A stretch of 64,000 nt of DNA from an uncultured Acidobacteriota bacterium (GCA_963777605.1 CAVZRV010000031.1:416001-480000); one strand, 5' to 3'; positions 49,574 through 60,265 are shown, counted from the first letter of the stretch. Notes: generated from the letters alone by a model not told the origin. Numbers and translations: made by a program.

Positions 49574-50779
49574 GTGTTCAAGTCTTTTCGCAATCGCCTC
49601 AAAAAACTTGGCCCTGCATTCGTGATCGCCGCCGTCGTTCTGGGCCCCGGCAGCATTACCTTGAGTACGATGGCCGGCAGCCTCTACGGCTACCGCCTGC
49701 TGTGGGTCTCCGTCCTCGCCACCGCGTTCATGATTGTCTTCACGACCATGGCTGCGAGAATCGGCCTGGTCACCCAGCGTACACTCCTTGAGCTTGCCGC
49801 GGAGCGGTTCGGCAGGGGCCTCGCAATGGTGGGCGGTTTGACGGGGTTTCTGGCAATCCTTGCTTTCCAGGCAGGGAACAGTGCCGCCGTTGGTTTTTCG
49901 GGAGATGCGATATTCGGCCACGGGCCGCGAATCTGGGCCTTCCTCCTCTTCCTGCCTGCGGCGCTGCTCCTGCAACTGCCCGAGCTCTACAAGAGGCTGG
50001 AACAATTCGTCAAGATTTCGGTTGGGTTGATGATCCTCAGTTTTATCGGCACCCTGGTCGTGGTTGGAATCGACGTTCGACAGATCCCGGGGGCGCTGGT
50101 ACCAGGGTTCCCCGATTCCGCTTCGGCGTTTCTCGCCCTGGGCATGGCGGCAACCACCTTTTCCGTCGCTGGCGCCGCCTACCAGTGCTATCTGGTTAAA
50201 GAGAAACGGTGGACACGGGAGGACGGCCGGGAGCAAGGGCTGGACACGGTGCTCGGAATTGCCGCACTCGGACTGATTTCCTCCGTAATCCTGATGACCA
50301 GCGCCGGAGTGGCTGCCTCGGTCGGCGCAAAATCGTTCACCGCCCAAAGCATGGTTCTGCAGCTCGAGCCGCTGGCGGGAAGATTCGCATTCGCGCTCTT
50401 CATGGTCGGTTTTTTCGCCGCTTCCTTCTCGTCCCTCGTGGTCAACCCGCTGATCGGGGCCACCCTCCTCATCGACGGGTTCGGAGGTGATACCACGATG
50501 GCCGGCAGGCCTGTTCGCCTGTGGGCGTCGCTCATCATGGTGGCCGGAGCGGGGCTCGTCGTCCTCTACGGGGAAACTCCGATTGAACTGCTCCGGACAG
50601 CCCAGGCGTTGGCCGTCGTCGCCTTTCCCGTGCTTGGATTTCTGATCTGGTGGCTGGCGCGTGACCGTTCGGTCATGGGGGATCGAGTCAACCGCTGGTG
50701 GATGGACATCCTTGCCGCCCTCGGCTACTTCACGGTGGTGGCGGTCGTGCTCAATTACTTGAGGCAGCTTCTTGGGTGA
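49574..50779 (+). CDS. Nramp-related (APC fold) transporter
   Basis: LGPAFVIAAVVLGPGSIT, AGSLYGYRLLW, FQAGN, LEPLAG, AASFSS; GTG start chosen. Confidence 0.82.
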   Translation: MFKSFRNRLKKLGPAFVIAAVVLGPGSITLSTMAGSLYGYRLLWVSVLATAFMIVFTTMAARIGLVTQRTLLELAAERFGRGLAMVGGLTGFLAILAFQAGNSAAVGFSGDAIFGHGPRIWAFLLFLPAALLLQLPELYKRLEQFVKISVGLMILSFIGTLVVVGIDVRQIPGALVPGFPDSASAFLALGMAATTFSVAGAAYQCYLVKEKRWTREDGREQGLDTVLGIAALGLISSVILMTSAGVAASVGAKSFTAQSMVLQLEPLAGRFAFALFMVGFFAASFSSLVVNPLIGATLLIDGFGGDTTMAGRPVRLWASLIMVAGAGLVVLYGETPIELLRTAQALAVVAFPVLGFLIWWLARDRSVMGDRVNRWWMDILAALGYFTVVAVVLNYLRQLLG

Positions 50780-50862
50780 ATAGGCCCCTGCCGGTATACT
50801 GAATTCTGGATTCTTTGGTGTCTCTTTTCACTTCCGAGTCAACCGGTTGAGAGGAAAAGGCG

Positions 50863-52998
50863 ATGGACTGGACTCGTAGAGGTTTTCTTGCAGGCTGTGT
50901 CGGGCTCCCGTTGCTGCGGATCTGCCCCGTTCTCGGGCGTCCCTACCCGGGCCTGATTTACCGTGACTATTCAGCCTGCCTGCCGGACTTCCTGACCGGA
51001 GTCGCGGAAGCGGCTTACCAGGGGCGGAACCGGCGACTGGATCAACTGACCACTGCGGAATCGATCACCCAGTACCAGGAATGGGCCCGCGACACGTTCT
51101 GGAACCTGACTGGAGGGAGGCTCGAACGGACCCCGCTGAATCAGCGCAGCCTCGGCTCCTTCGATCGGCCCGGTTACCGAGTCGAGAAGATCGTCTACGA
51201 CAGCCGGCCCGACTTTCCCGTTCCCGCCAATCTCTACTTGCCCGCTTCCGGCAAACCTCCTTATCCGGGAGTGCTTTTCCAGATGGGTCATTCGCTCAAC
51301 GGCAAGGCTGCCGCCACCTACCAGCGATGTTGCCAGGGCCTGGCCCAACTGGGCTTCGTGGTACTGGGATTTGATCCCATGGGGCAGGGGGAGCGCGCCT
51401 ACTATCCCCGCGAAGACGGGTACATGACGAGACTCGACTCCGCCGACGAAGAGCACTCCCGGCCCGGTCGCCAGATGCTGCTCGTCGGAGACACTTCCAC
51501 GCGACTCCAGTTGTGGGACGCCGTGCGCAGCCTCGACGTTCTCGCCGCTCATCCCCTGGTAGACCCCGATCGACTGGCGTCAACGGGCCAGTCAGGCGGG
51601 GCAACGCTGACCATGCTGCTGGCCGCGGTGGACGATCGCCTCAAGGTGGCGGCGGTCTCTTCGGGCAACACGGAAAACGTTGCCTGCGCCAACTTCAATC
51701 CCCCCGGGTCAACCGACGACGCGGAGCAGAACATCCTGAACAGCGGCCCGGAACGATTCGATCGCTGGGACCTGCTTTACCCCTTCGCCCCCAAGCCGCT
51801 TCTGGTGCTGGTCAGCGACAGGGACTGGTTCGGGACCTACTCCAGCCGGTACCTGAGCAGTGGCTGGGAGGAATACCAGAAGCTGGAGAAGATCTACCAG
51901 GTCATGGGTAAATCCGATCAACTGCAATGGGGAGACGGACCCTTTCCACACAACCTGGCTTACGACGTCCGCCTGGAGGTCTACCGCTGGATGCTGCGCT
52001 GGCTGAAGGGAGATCAACAAGCGGCCGCCCAGTTGAAAGAAGAGCCCCCCACCCGTCTCGAGGATGATCGCACCCTCTGGATTACGCGATCGGGAAATGT
52101 TCAGGAACTGGGATCCGAGACCCCGTTTAGCCTCAACCTCAAGAAAGCGGAAGCGATCAGACGGCCCGGGGGTATCGGCGACCTCCCCGCCCTCCTGGCC
52201 CTCGAGAAAGCCCCCGAACAGGCTCGCGAATTCGCACGCCTGGGATCACGGCCTTCCGGGCGCATCATGCTCGAGGCCGTCGAAGTTCCGAGCGCACCTT
52301 CGGTGTGGGTCCCGGCCTGGATGTTCCTGCCCGAACAGCGGGGTGAAAAGGTAGTGGTCATCGTGGAACCGGGAGGAAGAAGCAGTCGGTGGAAAGAGGG
52401 AGAACTCTACCAGTCCCTTGCGGACAGCGGAATCCCGGTCTGTGCACCCGATATCCGGTGGATCGGCGACCTTCGTCCCCGTTTCTCCGAAGGGGCGCGC
52501 AACCACGCCAGCTGGCACCAGGACGAAGAGGCTTGGTCCTGGGGCTCGCTGATCCTGGGACGCCCGCTTCTCGGACAGCGCGTAGATGACTTGCTTGCCG
52601 TCATTTCAGCCGTCGGCCGGCACCCCGAAACGCGGGGCCTGAAAGTCGTTCTGGCGGCACGGGGAGAATTGACAGTACCAGCCCTCTGTGCGGCAGCGCT
52701 CTCTCCCGAGGTGGAATCGGTACTGCTCGACTCCGGGCTGGGGTCATTCGAGAGCGTCGTGGAAACCGAAGATTACCACCAGCCGTTCGCCAATTTCGTT
52801 ACCGGGTTCCTGACCCAGACCGATCTCCCCGAAATCGCCGGTTCGATCGCGCCTCGGCGCTTGACGCTGGCCGGCACGGTTGACGGAGCCGGGCGCCGGC
52901 TCAGTGCCGGAGAGGTCCGCGAACTCTACGGATCTGGTCCCGAACTGACGATCTCCGAAGACCCGGCGTGGACCCTCGAGGCAATCAAGGCCCTTTGA
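50863..52998 (+). CDS. Tat-exported acetylxylan esterase-like double alpha/beta hydrolase
   Basis: TRRGFL Tat motif; VPANLYLP, DPMGQGER, nucleophile elbow GQSGGA; degenerate second hydrolase domain. Confidence 0.85.
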   Translation: MDWTRRGFLAGCVGLPLLRICPVLGRPYPGLIYRDYSACLPDFLTGVAEAAYQGRNRRLDQLTTAESITQYQEWARDTFWNLTGGRLERTPLNQRSLGSFDRPGYRVEKIVYDSRPDFPVPANLYLPASGKPPYPGVLFQMGHSLNGKAAATYQRCCQGLAQLGFVVLGFDPMGQGERAYYPREDGYMTRLDSADEEHSRPGRQMLLVGDTSTRLQLWDAVRSLDVLAAHPLVDPDRLASTGQSGGATLTMLLAAVDDRLKVAAVSSGNTENVACANFNPPGSTDDAEQNILNSGPERFDRWDLLYPFAPKPLLVLVSDRDWFGTYSSRYLSSGWEEYQKLEKIYQVMGKSDQLQWGDGPFPHNLAYDVRLEVYRWMLRWLKGDQQAAAQLKEEPPTRLEDDRTLWITRSGNVQELGSETPFSLNLKKAEAIRRPGGIGDLPALLALEKAPEQAREFARLGSRPSGRIMLEAVEVPSAPSVWVPAWMFLPEQRGEKVVVIVEPGGRSSRWKEGELYQSLADSGIPVCAPDIRWIGDLRPRFSEGARNHASWHQDEEAWSWGSLILGRPLLGQRVDDLLAVISAVGRHPETRGLKVVLAARGELTVPALCAAALSPEVESVLLDSGLGSFESVVETEDYHQPFANFVTGFLTQTDLPEIAGSIAPRRLTLAGTVDGAGRRLSAGEVRELYGSGPELTISEDPAWTLEAIKAL

Positions 52999-53014
52999 AG
53001 ACCGCGACCCTGAC

Positions 53015-53893
53015 CTACTGGCTCTTCTTCACCTGGTCATCGATCCAGCGTTTCTGCTGATCGATGAACTTGTCAATCCCGTTGGTGTTCCCGTGAACTG
53101 CGTTGTAGGCCTGCTCGAGGTACTGGCGGGCAGTGAACGAGTTGGCACCGTTCAGCGAAACTGCCCGGGCATATTCAATTTCCGCGTTCTCGAGGTCACC
53201 TTTGAGCTGGTACCCGAACCCGAGCCGAAACCGGCTCCGCTCGTCGCGAGGATCGAGTTCGGTCGCCTTCGTCAGATGATCGAGTGCCTCCGCCATCAAC
53301 TTGGGGTCGTTGTCCGAGTTAAACGCCTTGAAAAGAAGGGCGGTTCCAACACCATAATGGGCATCGCCCATTATCAGTTTCCGCCGCTGGGGCCAGGTTT
53401 CCTCCATGTACTCGGGGGGCCGCTCCATGGTCGGAAGAATTTCGAGCACCCGGTTTCCTTTTTCGAGAGCCTGATCGGGCTTCATTTCGTCCGCATAGGC
53501 GGCCGAAAGGCTGGCCATGAGAGCCACAGAGTCTGTCAGCTGAGCAGTGGCCATTTCACCATGTGCGAAGAAAGCCTTGAGATCGTTCTTCTGTCGGGCA
53601 TCGACAGCCAGGATCTCGTGCGCGTACGGAGCAAAACCGCCCGTGGGGTAAGCATCCAGATACTCCTGCGCCGCCCTGGCCTTGGCCTTGGGATCGAGAG
53701 AGTTAACGACAATCTGCCATGCCTGGTGCTCTTTCTCGGTACTTGCCTGGCCCAGCACCTGGCGCTGGTTCATGTCCATTTCCTTGAAAACGGCCCCAGG
53801 AGGCGTGGGGGCCTGCTGCCCGGACAGGAATCCGACACAAAGGACCACTACGGCACCACCCAAGGCGAACTTAGTAAGACCATGCTCTATCAT
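53015..53893 (-). CDS. Secreted TPR protein
   Basis: Signal peptide; TPR-like helices (ALDHLTKATELDP..RSRFRLG). Confidence 0.78.
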   Translation of the reverse strand: MIEHGLTKFALGGAVVVLCVGFLSGQQAPTPPGAVFKEMDMNQRQVLGQASTEKEHQAWQIVVNSLDPKAKARAAQEYLDAYPTGGFAPYAHEILAVDARQKNDLKAFFAHGEMATAQLTDSVALMASLSAAYADEMKPDQALEKGNRVLEILPTMERPPEYMEETWPQRRKLIMGDAHYGVGTALLFKAFNSDNDPKLMAEALDHLTKATELDPRDERSRFRLGFGYQLKGDLENAEIEYARAVSLNGANSFTARQYLEQAYNAVHGNTNGIDKFIDQQKRWIDDQVKKSQ

Positions 53894-54021
53894 CAGCTTT
53901 ACTCCCTTGTGAGACGGTGATCACTGAAAAACTACCACAAAACCCGGGCTCCAGGACAGAGGCTCCATTTACTGAGAATCACCAACAACGGTCAAGTCGC
54001 ATTGAAAAGGGAGGCAGGTCA

Positions 54022-54051
54022 TTGACACATCAACGACTCCATGGGTATTTA
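54022..54051 (+). promoter_or_regulatory. Possible sigma70 promoter
   Basis: Perfect TTGACA followed at 17-18 bp by a weak -10 (GTATTT/TATTTA). Confidence 0.35.
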
Positions 54052-54200
54052 GGGTGGATCAGTTGGGGCGCAAGCGGGAATTTGGCGCAATTCGCCTGGA
54101 GAATTTGGGTCCGGCCTTAAAAAGAGGCCATGACGGTTTCCGGATGACGCAATTCGAACGTTGAGGAATCGAAAGTCGACGCAGAAGGGATAGAACGACA

Positions 54201-55895
54201 ATGATCGGCAAATCCAGATGGTTCATACTCGCGAGTTTCCTGATTCTAGGGGTCTCCGGCTGCGGAAATTCCGGGTTTGACGCGTGGCTTCAGGACTCGA
54301 TGATCAAGATGTTTCCCGATTCGACTCCTCCAACCGGCCTGCAGGAAGCTCCCCGGATCTGGATTGCCAGGAATGGTCATGCCAGCGTTCAGCTTGCGGT
54401 TCGGCCCCGCGGCGATCTCGACGAGTTCGGAATTGAGATGCCAGGAGCGATTCTGAACGACGTTGTACTCGACAAGGTTCAGGTGAGGAGAGTGGGGTTC
54501 GTACCGGTAGAACGAAACACCGCCGACACTGCCGAGGACGAACTGGTCAGGATTGCACCTGCCGACTTCCCCGATCCGCTCGAGAACAAACTCCCTACGA
54601 AATTGATCTCCGAACGCACCGAGGTCTTCTGGTTGACCATGTACGCACCCCCAGACACCCCTCCGGGCGACTACCGGGGAGAAATCCGACTCTCCGTCGG
54701 CGGGAAGGTCGACACCGTGCTGGCCTACGACCTGAGGGTTGTCGATGCTGCCGTCCCCGGGGACCAGACCCTCAAAGTGACGAACTGGTTCAACACCGAC
54801 CAGTCTCATCTCAACAACTTCTTCCCAATCCAGGATGACCGGGAAACCTACTGGAAAATCCTGGGCAATATCGGCCGCGTCATGGCCGAACACAAACAGA
54901 ACGCAATGCTGACGCCGGTAAGCGACCTTGTGCAGGTCGTACTGGATAACGGCCGACTCAAGTTCGACTTCTCCGAGTTCGACCGCTGGGTGACCACCTT
55001 TCAGGAATGCGGGCTCATCGGCACCATCGAAGGCGGGCACCTGCTGGTCCGACCGAAAGGATATTTCAGTCCGATCATGGTTCCGGCCTGGGTGGAGGAA
55101 AACGGGGCGCTGGTTCGCAAGACGCTCGAACCCTACGATCCGAAGGCCGACGCCTACCTCTCCCTTTTCCTGCAAAATCTTCACGCTCACCTCGAGGAGA
55201 GAGGATGGAAGGAAAGCTATATCCAGCACCTTCACGACGAACCGCACGGGGATGAGATCCCGGTTTACGAACACTATGCCGACCTGGTCCGAAAGAATCT
55301 TCCCGGCATCCCCACGATCGATGCGGTAGACCTGGCCGAGGATACCGGATTCCTGGACCGCTACCTCGACATCTGGGTGCCGGTCCTGAGCAGCTTCGAC
55401 GAGAAATTCGACCTTCTCGCTCGCCATCGGGCCGCAGGCGGCCAGACCTGGTTCTATACCTGCGTCGTTCCGAGAGGCCGCTACCTCAACCGGTTCATCG
55501 ACTACAGCCTGCTCAAGGTCCGGTTGCTTCACTGGTTCAATTTCCGACACGGCCTCGGAGGCTACCTCCACTGGGGCGGGAACTACTGGTCTTCGGAGCC
55601 ATTCCGCAACGTCGAACCGGTCATCAACGACGGGCAGACTCTCCTGCCACCCGGAGACAGTGCTATTGTGTATCCCGACATAGAGAACCTGTCCATCCTC
55701 AGTTCGATCCGCCTCGAGATGATGCGTGAGGGAATCGAGGACTACGAACTGCTCCACGAGCTTGCAACTCGGGACCCGGCTCGCGCTGAGGAATTGGCCC
55801 GGATGGCGATCCCTGAAGTGACGGACTACGTCCGCGATCCGGCCCGGTTCCGGGAGATTCAGACGATGCTTCTGGAGGCGATCAGTTCGCGGTGA
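54201..55895 (+). CDS. DUF4091 (GH123-like) glycoside hydrolase lipoprotein
   Basis: Lipobox VSGC; FPDPL, PGDYRG, HDEP, WFYTC, GYLHWG.N.W, PGDS.IVYP, SSIRLEMMREGIEDYE. Confidence 0.85.
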   Translation: MIGKSRWFILASFLILGVSGCGNSGFDAWLQDSMIKMFPDSTPPTGLQEAPRIWIARNGHASVQLAVRPRGDLDEFGIEMPGAILNDVVLDKVQVRRVGFVPVERNTADTAEDELVRIAPADFPDPLENKLPTKLISERTEVFWLTMYAPPDTPPGDYRGEIRLSVGGKVDTVLAYDLRVVDAAVPGDQTLKVTNWFNTDQSHLNNFFPIQDDRETYWKILGNIGRVMAEHKQNAMLTPVSDLVQVVLDNGRLKFDFSEFDRWVTTFQECGLIGTIEGGHLLVRPKGYFSPIMVPAWVEENGALVRKTLEPYDPKADAYLSLFLQNLHAHLEERGWKESYIQHLHDEPHGDEIPVYEHYADLVRKNLPGIPTIDAVDLAEDTGFLDRYLDIWVPVLSSFDEKFDLLARHRAAGGQTWFYTCVVPRGRYLNRFIDYSLLKVRLLHWFNFRHGLGGYLHWGGNYWSSEPFRNVEPVINDGQTLLPPGDSAIVYPDIENLSILSSIRLEMMREGIEDYELLHELATRDPARAEELARMAIPEVTDYVRDPARFREIQTMLLEAISSR

Positions 55896-57601
55896 TGAGA
55901 CTCTACAGGCGCTTCGTGGGCGGCCGGGGCCGGAGAAAGCAGCTGTTTGTCGGGCTTTTGTTTCCGGCTCTGGCCGGGCTGACCTCGATCGGGATCCGCG
56001 CCGAAAGCCCGGTCACGTTTACCGATATCACCCGGGTTGCCGGCATTACCTGGGTCCATGACAACGGTATGTCCAAGCCCCGCTATTTGCCGGAAACCAT
56101 GGTCGGGGGAGCCGCGTTTCTCGATTTCAACAATGACGACCTCATCGATATCTACCTCGTAACGGCTTCAACGAGCGTTTTCTACAAGCCTGAGAATCCC
56201 CGCACCAATGCGCTCTACCGAAACAACGGCGACGGGACCTTCTCGGATGTGACCAGCCAGGCCGGGGTTCCCGGCCGTGGATTTGGGGTCGGCGTTTCCG
56301 TGGGGGACTATGACCGGGACGGTTGGGTTGACATGTTCGTCACCGGAGTTCGGGAAGGAATCCTCTACCACAACAACGGGGACGGCACGTTCACCGATGT
56401 CACCGAGCGCTCCGGGGCAAAGACGCCGGGGTGGGGAGCCAGTTCAGCCTGGTTCGACATGGACAACGACGGCTGGCTCGACCTCTGGGTCTGTGGGTAC
56501 GTCATCTGGGAACCCAACCTGAATTTCAAGTGCGGAGGAGGAGACGTTCCGCGCTACTGCATCCCAACGCTGTTTGACGGTCAGCCGAGCTGGCTCTTCC
56601 GCAACCGGGGGGACGGCACTTTTGAAGACGTGAGCCAGACGGCCGGGATCTCCAATCCCCGCAGCAAGGGACTCGGTGTCGTCGCGGCAGACCTGAACAA
56701 CGACGGCTGGATGGACATCTTCCAGTCCAACGACACGACTGAGAATTTCCTGTTCATGAACAAAGGGGACAACACTTTTCAGGAGATCGGGCTGATGGCC
56801 GGCGTCGCGTTCAGCTATGACGGGCGAACCCGGTCTGGAATGGGAGTTGATGCCCAGGACTACGACGACGACGGATGGATCGATCTGTTCGTGGCCAACA
56901 TCGACCACGAAGACGTCTCAATCTATCGAAACCTGGGGGACGAGACGTTTGAGGACGCCGTTGTCGATCGGCCCGAATTGAGCCAGGCAACCCGGTTCAT
57001 GAGTACCTTCGGAGCACGTTTCATCGACCTGGACAACAACTCTTACGAGGACCTCGTGGTCGTCAACGGCCACCCGGACGACCAGATTGACTACCACCGG
57101 GGCAACATCAATTACCTCGAGAAGCCGCTCCTTTTCCTGAACAACGGGACGGAGTTCCGCAACGCCAGCGCCGAGGCCGGGCCGGCGTTCCAGGCGACCT
57201 ATGCCGGCAGGGGGCTGGCGACCGGGGACATCGATAACGACGGGGACTCCGATCTCCTCTTCCTCAATAACGGTCAGGCGCCCGTTCTGGCGCGCAACGA
57301 TGGGGGAAACCGGAACCATTGGCTGGGTCTTGAACTGTCCGGCGTCAAGTCCAATCCTCACGGCGTCGGAACCAGGATTGAATACCAGGTAGCCGGAAAG
57401 AAGCGGATCCACTACGTCGCCGGGGGAAGCAGCTACCAGTCGGATCACGACAAGAGGGTACTCCTGGGATTCGGGATCCAGTCCGAGGCGGGAGAGATCC
57501 GCATCAATTGGCCCAGTGGAACCGTTGACGTGTTGAACAATCCTCAACTAAATCGCTACATGAAACTCGTTGAAGGTCAGTCACCGGCAGCCGACCAGTG
57601 A
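55892..57601 (+). CDS. CRTAC1-family protein (FG-GAP repeats plus ASPIC/UnbV)
   Basis: Repeated DxDxDGxxD, NNGDGTF.DV; C-terminal GGSSYQS...LGFG, I.WPSG. Confidence 0.92.
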   Translation: MMRLYRRFVGGRGRRKQLFVGLLFPALAGLTSIGIRAESPVTFTDITRVAGITWVHDNGMSKPRYLPETMVGGAAFLDFNNDDLIDIYLVTASTSVFYKPENPRTNALYRNNGDGTFSDVTSQAGVPGRGFGVGVSVGDYDRDGWVDMFVTGVREGILYHNNGDGTFTDVTERSGAKTPGWGASSAWFDMDNDGWLDLWVCGYVIWEPNLNFKCGGGDVPRYCIPTLFDGQPSWLFRNRGDGTFEDVSQTAGISNPRSKGLGVVAADLNNDGWMDIFQSNDTTENFLFMNKGDNTFQEIGLMAGVAFSYDGRTRSGMGVDAQDYDDDGWIDLFVANIDHEDVSIYRNLGDETFEDAVVDRPELSQATRFMSTFGARFIDLDNNSYEDLVVVNGHPDDQIDYHRGNINYLEKPLLFLNNGTEFRNASAEAGPAFQATYAGRGLATGDIDNDGDSDLLFLNNGQAPVLARNDGGNRNHWLGLELSGVKSNPHGVGTRIEYQVAGKKRIHYVAGGSSYQSDHDKRVLLGFGIQSEAGEIRINWPSGTVDVLNNPQLNRYMKLVEGQSPAADQ

Positions 57602-57625
57602 CGCAACGACGGTGAACCGCCGCGG

Positions 57626-59689
57626 CTATCTTGACGGGGACTCTGGGGCGGACTCGCTCTTGAGCTGAGCGAGCGCGGCACGCACCTGGGGAATCAACTG
57701 GGCATACTGGGCACCCTTGGCCCGCTCGAGAAAGGCTTCCAGATTGCGGATCGCAGCCGGCGTATCTCCGGCCATTTGAGCCAGGATTCCGAGGTTCATG
57801 TACGGCTCAATCAGCTGTGGATCAAGCTCGACGGCTCTCTGAAAGCTTTCCCGGGCCAATTCCGGGCGCTGCCGCTGAATCGCGATCAGGCCACGCAGAT
57901 TGTAGGCCGCGGCATGATCAGGGTTTTGAGTCAGGATTGCCTGCACTCCCAACTCGGCATCGTCAAGCTTGCCAGACTGAATATAGGCATTGACAAGGTT
58001 GCTGAGGTTGTCGAGGTTTCTGGGGTTGATGTCGGCAGACCTCTTTAGAGATTCAATGCCTGCTTCGAGGTGGCCGAGGCGAATCTGAACCTCTCCCATC
58101 TCCGAATAAGTCCGGTCGGTCTCGGCCCCATTCTTGACTGCCTGCTCATAAAGAGCGAGGGCTTGCTTGAAATTCCTGGTTTCCTGGAGGCAAACTCCAA
58201 GATTCTGGTAAACCAGCGGGTTCTGAGGATCCTGTGCGGTCAGCTTCTGCAAAACCGGGACCGCCTTGGAGTAATCACCAGCGTTCATCAGGTGGGTTGC
58301 GTGATCGAGTCCCTTCAGGACTGCTACGCGGTCCTTGGGATCGGGCCCCTCGAGATCGGCTACCAGTTTCCGGGCACTGCTCGAACTGACGTAGCCGAGC
58401 GACTGCAACTCGCGCATGGTCGCCTCGTCGAGGGAACGATAGGGGATCTCACGATCCTGCCCCGGTTCACCGCTCACCCTCCAGACTTCCTTCTGCAGCC
58501 GCTCCGCCTCATCGGCGTGCTGCCCGATGACATTGGTCGTTTCGCTGCTGTCGGTATCGAGATCGTAGAGTTCCGGCTTGGGAGCGAGGATGTACTTCCG
58601 ATCCACAGTCCTCACGCCGTACAACTCGGACCACCGCATCTGGGTTTGCGGGTAAAACGTCTCCATGTACGAGTAATTGATGCGCACCGGCTGACCATCG
58701 CGCAGCAAGGGCATCAGGCTTTCGCCGTCAAGACCGGCCGGAGCCTGGACCCCCGCAAAATCGAGAGCGGTCGGCATCACATCGATGGAGCGGGCCAGCT
58801 GATCCGCCACCACATTCCGTCGGACGCCGGGCCCGGCGATCAGGAGCGGCACCCGAACCGTGGAATCGTACAGAAAGACCCCGTGCGTCTGCTCCCCGTG
58901 GTCCCCCAGGCTTTCACCATGATCGGCCAACGCCACGACAAGAGTCGAATCGGTCAGTCGCTCGGACTCGAGGGCTTCCAGAAGCGCCCCCACCTGGGCG
59001 TCAACGAAGGCGACTTCCCCGGCGTAGAGATCCTTTTCATAGCGAGTCCTGAACTCATGGGGCGGATCGTACGGGAAATGCGGATCGTAGTAGTGCACCC
59101 AGAGGAAGAACCCTTTGCTGCGGTCCCTTCCCCGAAGCCACTCTACAGCCCGTTCCGTGACGGTGTCACCCCGGACCTCGGCCACGACACCGGGAAGCTT
59201 CTCGACGTCGGGATCGCTGGTCATCTTGTCGTCATAGGTCTCAAACCCGCGATTGAGACCATAGCGGTGATGGAGGACCGAGGCAGCGACGAATGCCGCC
59301 GTCTGGAAACCATGCCGGCCCATGACTCCGGCCAGCGTCGGGATTTTCTCATCGAGGATAAATCCGCCCACGTCACGGATCTGGTGCTTCGGCGGGTACA
59401 CTCCCGTCAGAATGGACGCATGGGACGGAGTCGTAAGCGGCACCTGGACAACAGCATGTTCGAACCGGACTCCCTCCGCCGCCAGCCCGTCCAGGTTCGG
59501 CGTTTCGATGTCCTTCTTGCCGTAGCAGCCGAGATAGTCGGCCCGCAGCGTATCCAGGGTGATCAGGAGAACGTTTTTGCCCGCCGTTGAAACGGTTTGC
59601 TCAGCCGGCGCAGGCGATTCCTTCGACGAACAGGCCGCCAGCAACAGAAGGGCAGCAGCAATGGGGAGAAGGGATCGTCGCGACACCAC
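57626..59689 (-). CDS. Sulfatase-like hydrolase lipoprotein with C-terminal TPRs
   Basis: Lipobox LAAC; NVLLITLDTLRAD, PLTTPSHASILTG, HYYDPH.PY, ADHGE, ELYDL; TPR tail. Confidence 0.9.
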   Translation of the reverse strand: MVSRRSLLPIAAALLLLAACSSKESPAPAEQTVSTAGKNVLLITLDTLRADYLGCYGKKDIETPNLDGLAAEGVRFEHAVVQVPLTTPSHASILTGVYPPKHQIRDVGGFILDEKIPTLAGVMGRHGFQTAAFVAASVLHHRYGLNRGFETYDDKMTSDPDVEKLPGVVAEVRGDTVTERAVEWLRGRDRSKGFFLWVHYYDPHFPYDPPHEFRTRYEKDLYAGEVAFVDAQVGALLEALESERLTDSTLVVALADHGESLGDHGEQTHGVFLYDSTVRVPLLIAGPGVRRNVVADQLARSIDVMPTALDFAGVQAPAGLDGESLMPLLRDGQPVRINYSYMETFYPQTQMRWSELYGVRTVDRKYILAPKPELYDLDTDSSETTNVIGQHADEAERLQKEVWRVSGEPGQDREIPYRSLDEATMRELQSLGYVSSSSARKLVADLEGPDPKDRVAVLKGLDHATHLMNAGDYSKAVPVLQKLTAQDPQNPLVYQNLGVCLQETRNFKQALALYEQAVKNGAETDRTYSEMGEVQIRLGHLEAGIESLKRSADINPRNLDNLSNLVNAYIQSGKLDDAELGVQAILTQNPDHAAAYNLRGLIAIQRQRPELARESFQRAVELDPQLIEPYMNLGILAQMAGDTPAAIRNLEAFLERAKGAQYAQLIPQVRAALAQLKSESAPESPSR

Positions 59690-59712
59690 GGCTAGCTTAG
59701 CACAAGATCCCC

Positions 59713-60240
59713 TCAGACCCACCAGTCGTCGAAGCCGATCATTTTCCAGGCGAGTTTGTCCCGGTTTCCACCCCACCTGGGATGACTGTAAAAGCCCTGC
59801 ATGGTGTGGGACCGGACCATCGAGAAGAAATCGCCCGCCGGAGGGGACGGCCAGAGGTCAGCGGGAAGGTCTCCCCGTTCCATGCGCTGGAGCAGCTGCA
59901 GTTGCTGGTCGAAGTTCAACTTCACGAACGAAGCCTGGAATAGTCTTTCGCTGCTCAAATCGGTCGCGGTCAGTCCCGCCTGGTAAACCGCGACCCATTC
60001 CGGGTGGGCTTCCCGCAGTACCCTCCCAATGAACGTTGCCACACCGAGTTCCCGGGCGCCGGGGAAATCGTCCGCAGGAACGATCTGTTCACAGACGTCT
60101 CCCAAAAGGGTCAACTGGTCCTCTGGGAGCCCCTTCACGGTCCCCTGCAAGGGGGGGACACCACCGGCCAACAGAAACCGGGGCGGCGCCGTCGCCATTG
60201 CCGCCAAAGAAAAAAGGAATTTCCGTCGATCTGCTCTCAT
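59713..60240 (-). CDS. Gluconate 2-dehydrogenase subunit 3-like Tat protein
   Basis: DRRKFL Tat motif; IVPADDFPGA.ELGV..FI, TMQGFYSHPRWGGNRD...WKMIGF. Confidence 0.88.
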   Translation of the reverse strand: MRADRRKFLFSLAAMATAPPRFLLAGGVPPLQGTVKGLPEDQLTLLGDVCEQIVPADDFPGARELGVATFIGRVLREAHPEWVAVYQAGLTATDLSSERLFQASFVKLNFDQQLQLLQRMERGDLPADLWPSPPAGDFFSMVRSHTMQGFYSHPRWGGNRDKLAWKMIGFDDWWV

Positions 60241-60265
60241 CCCGCGATCACCTCCCGCTGCGACG

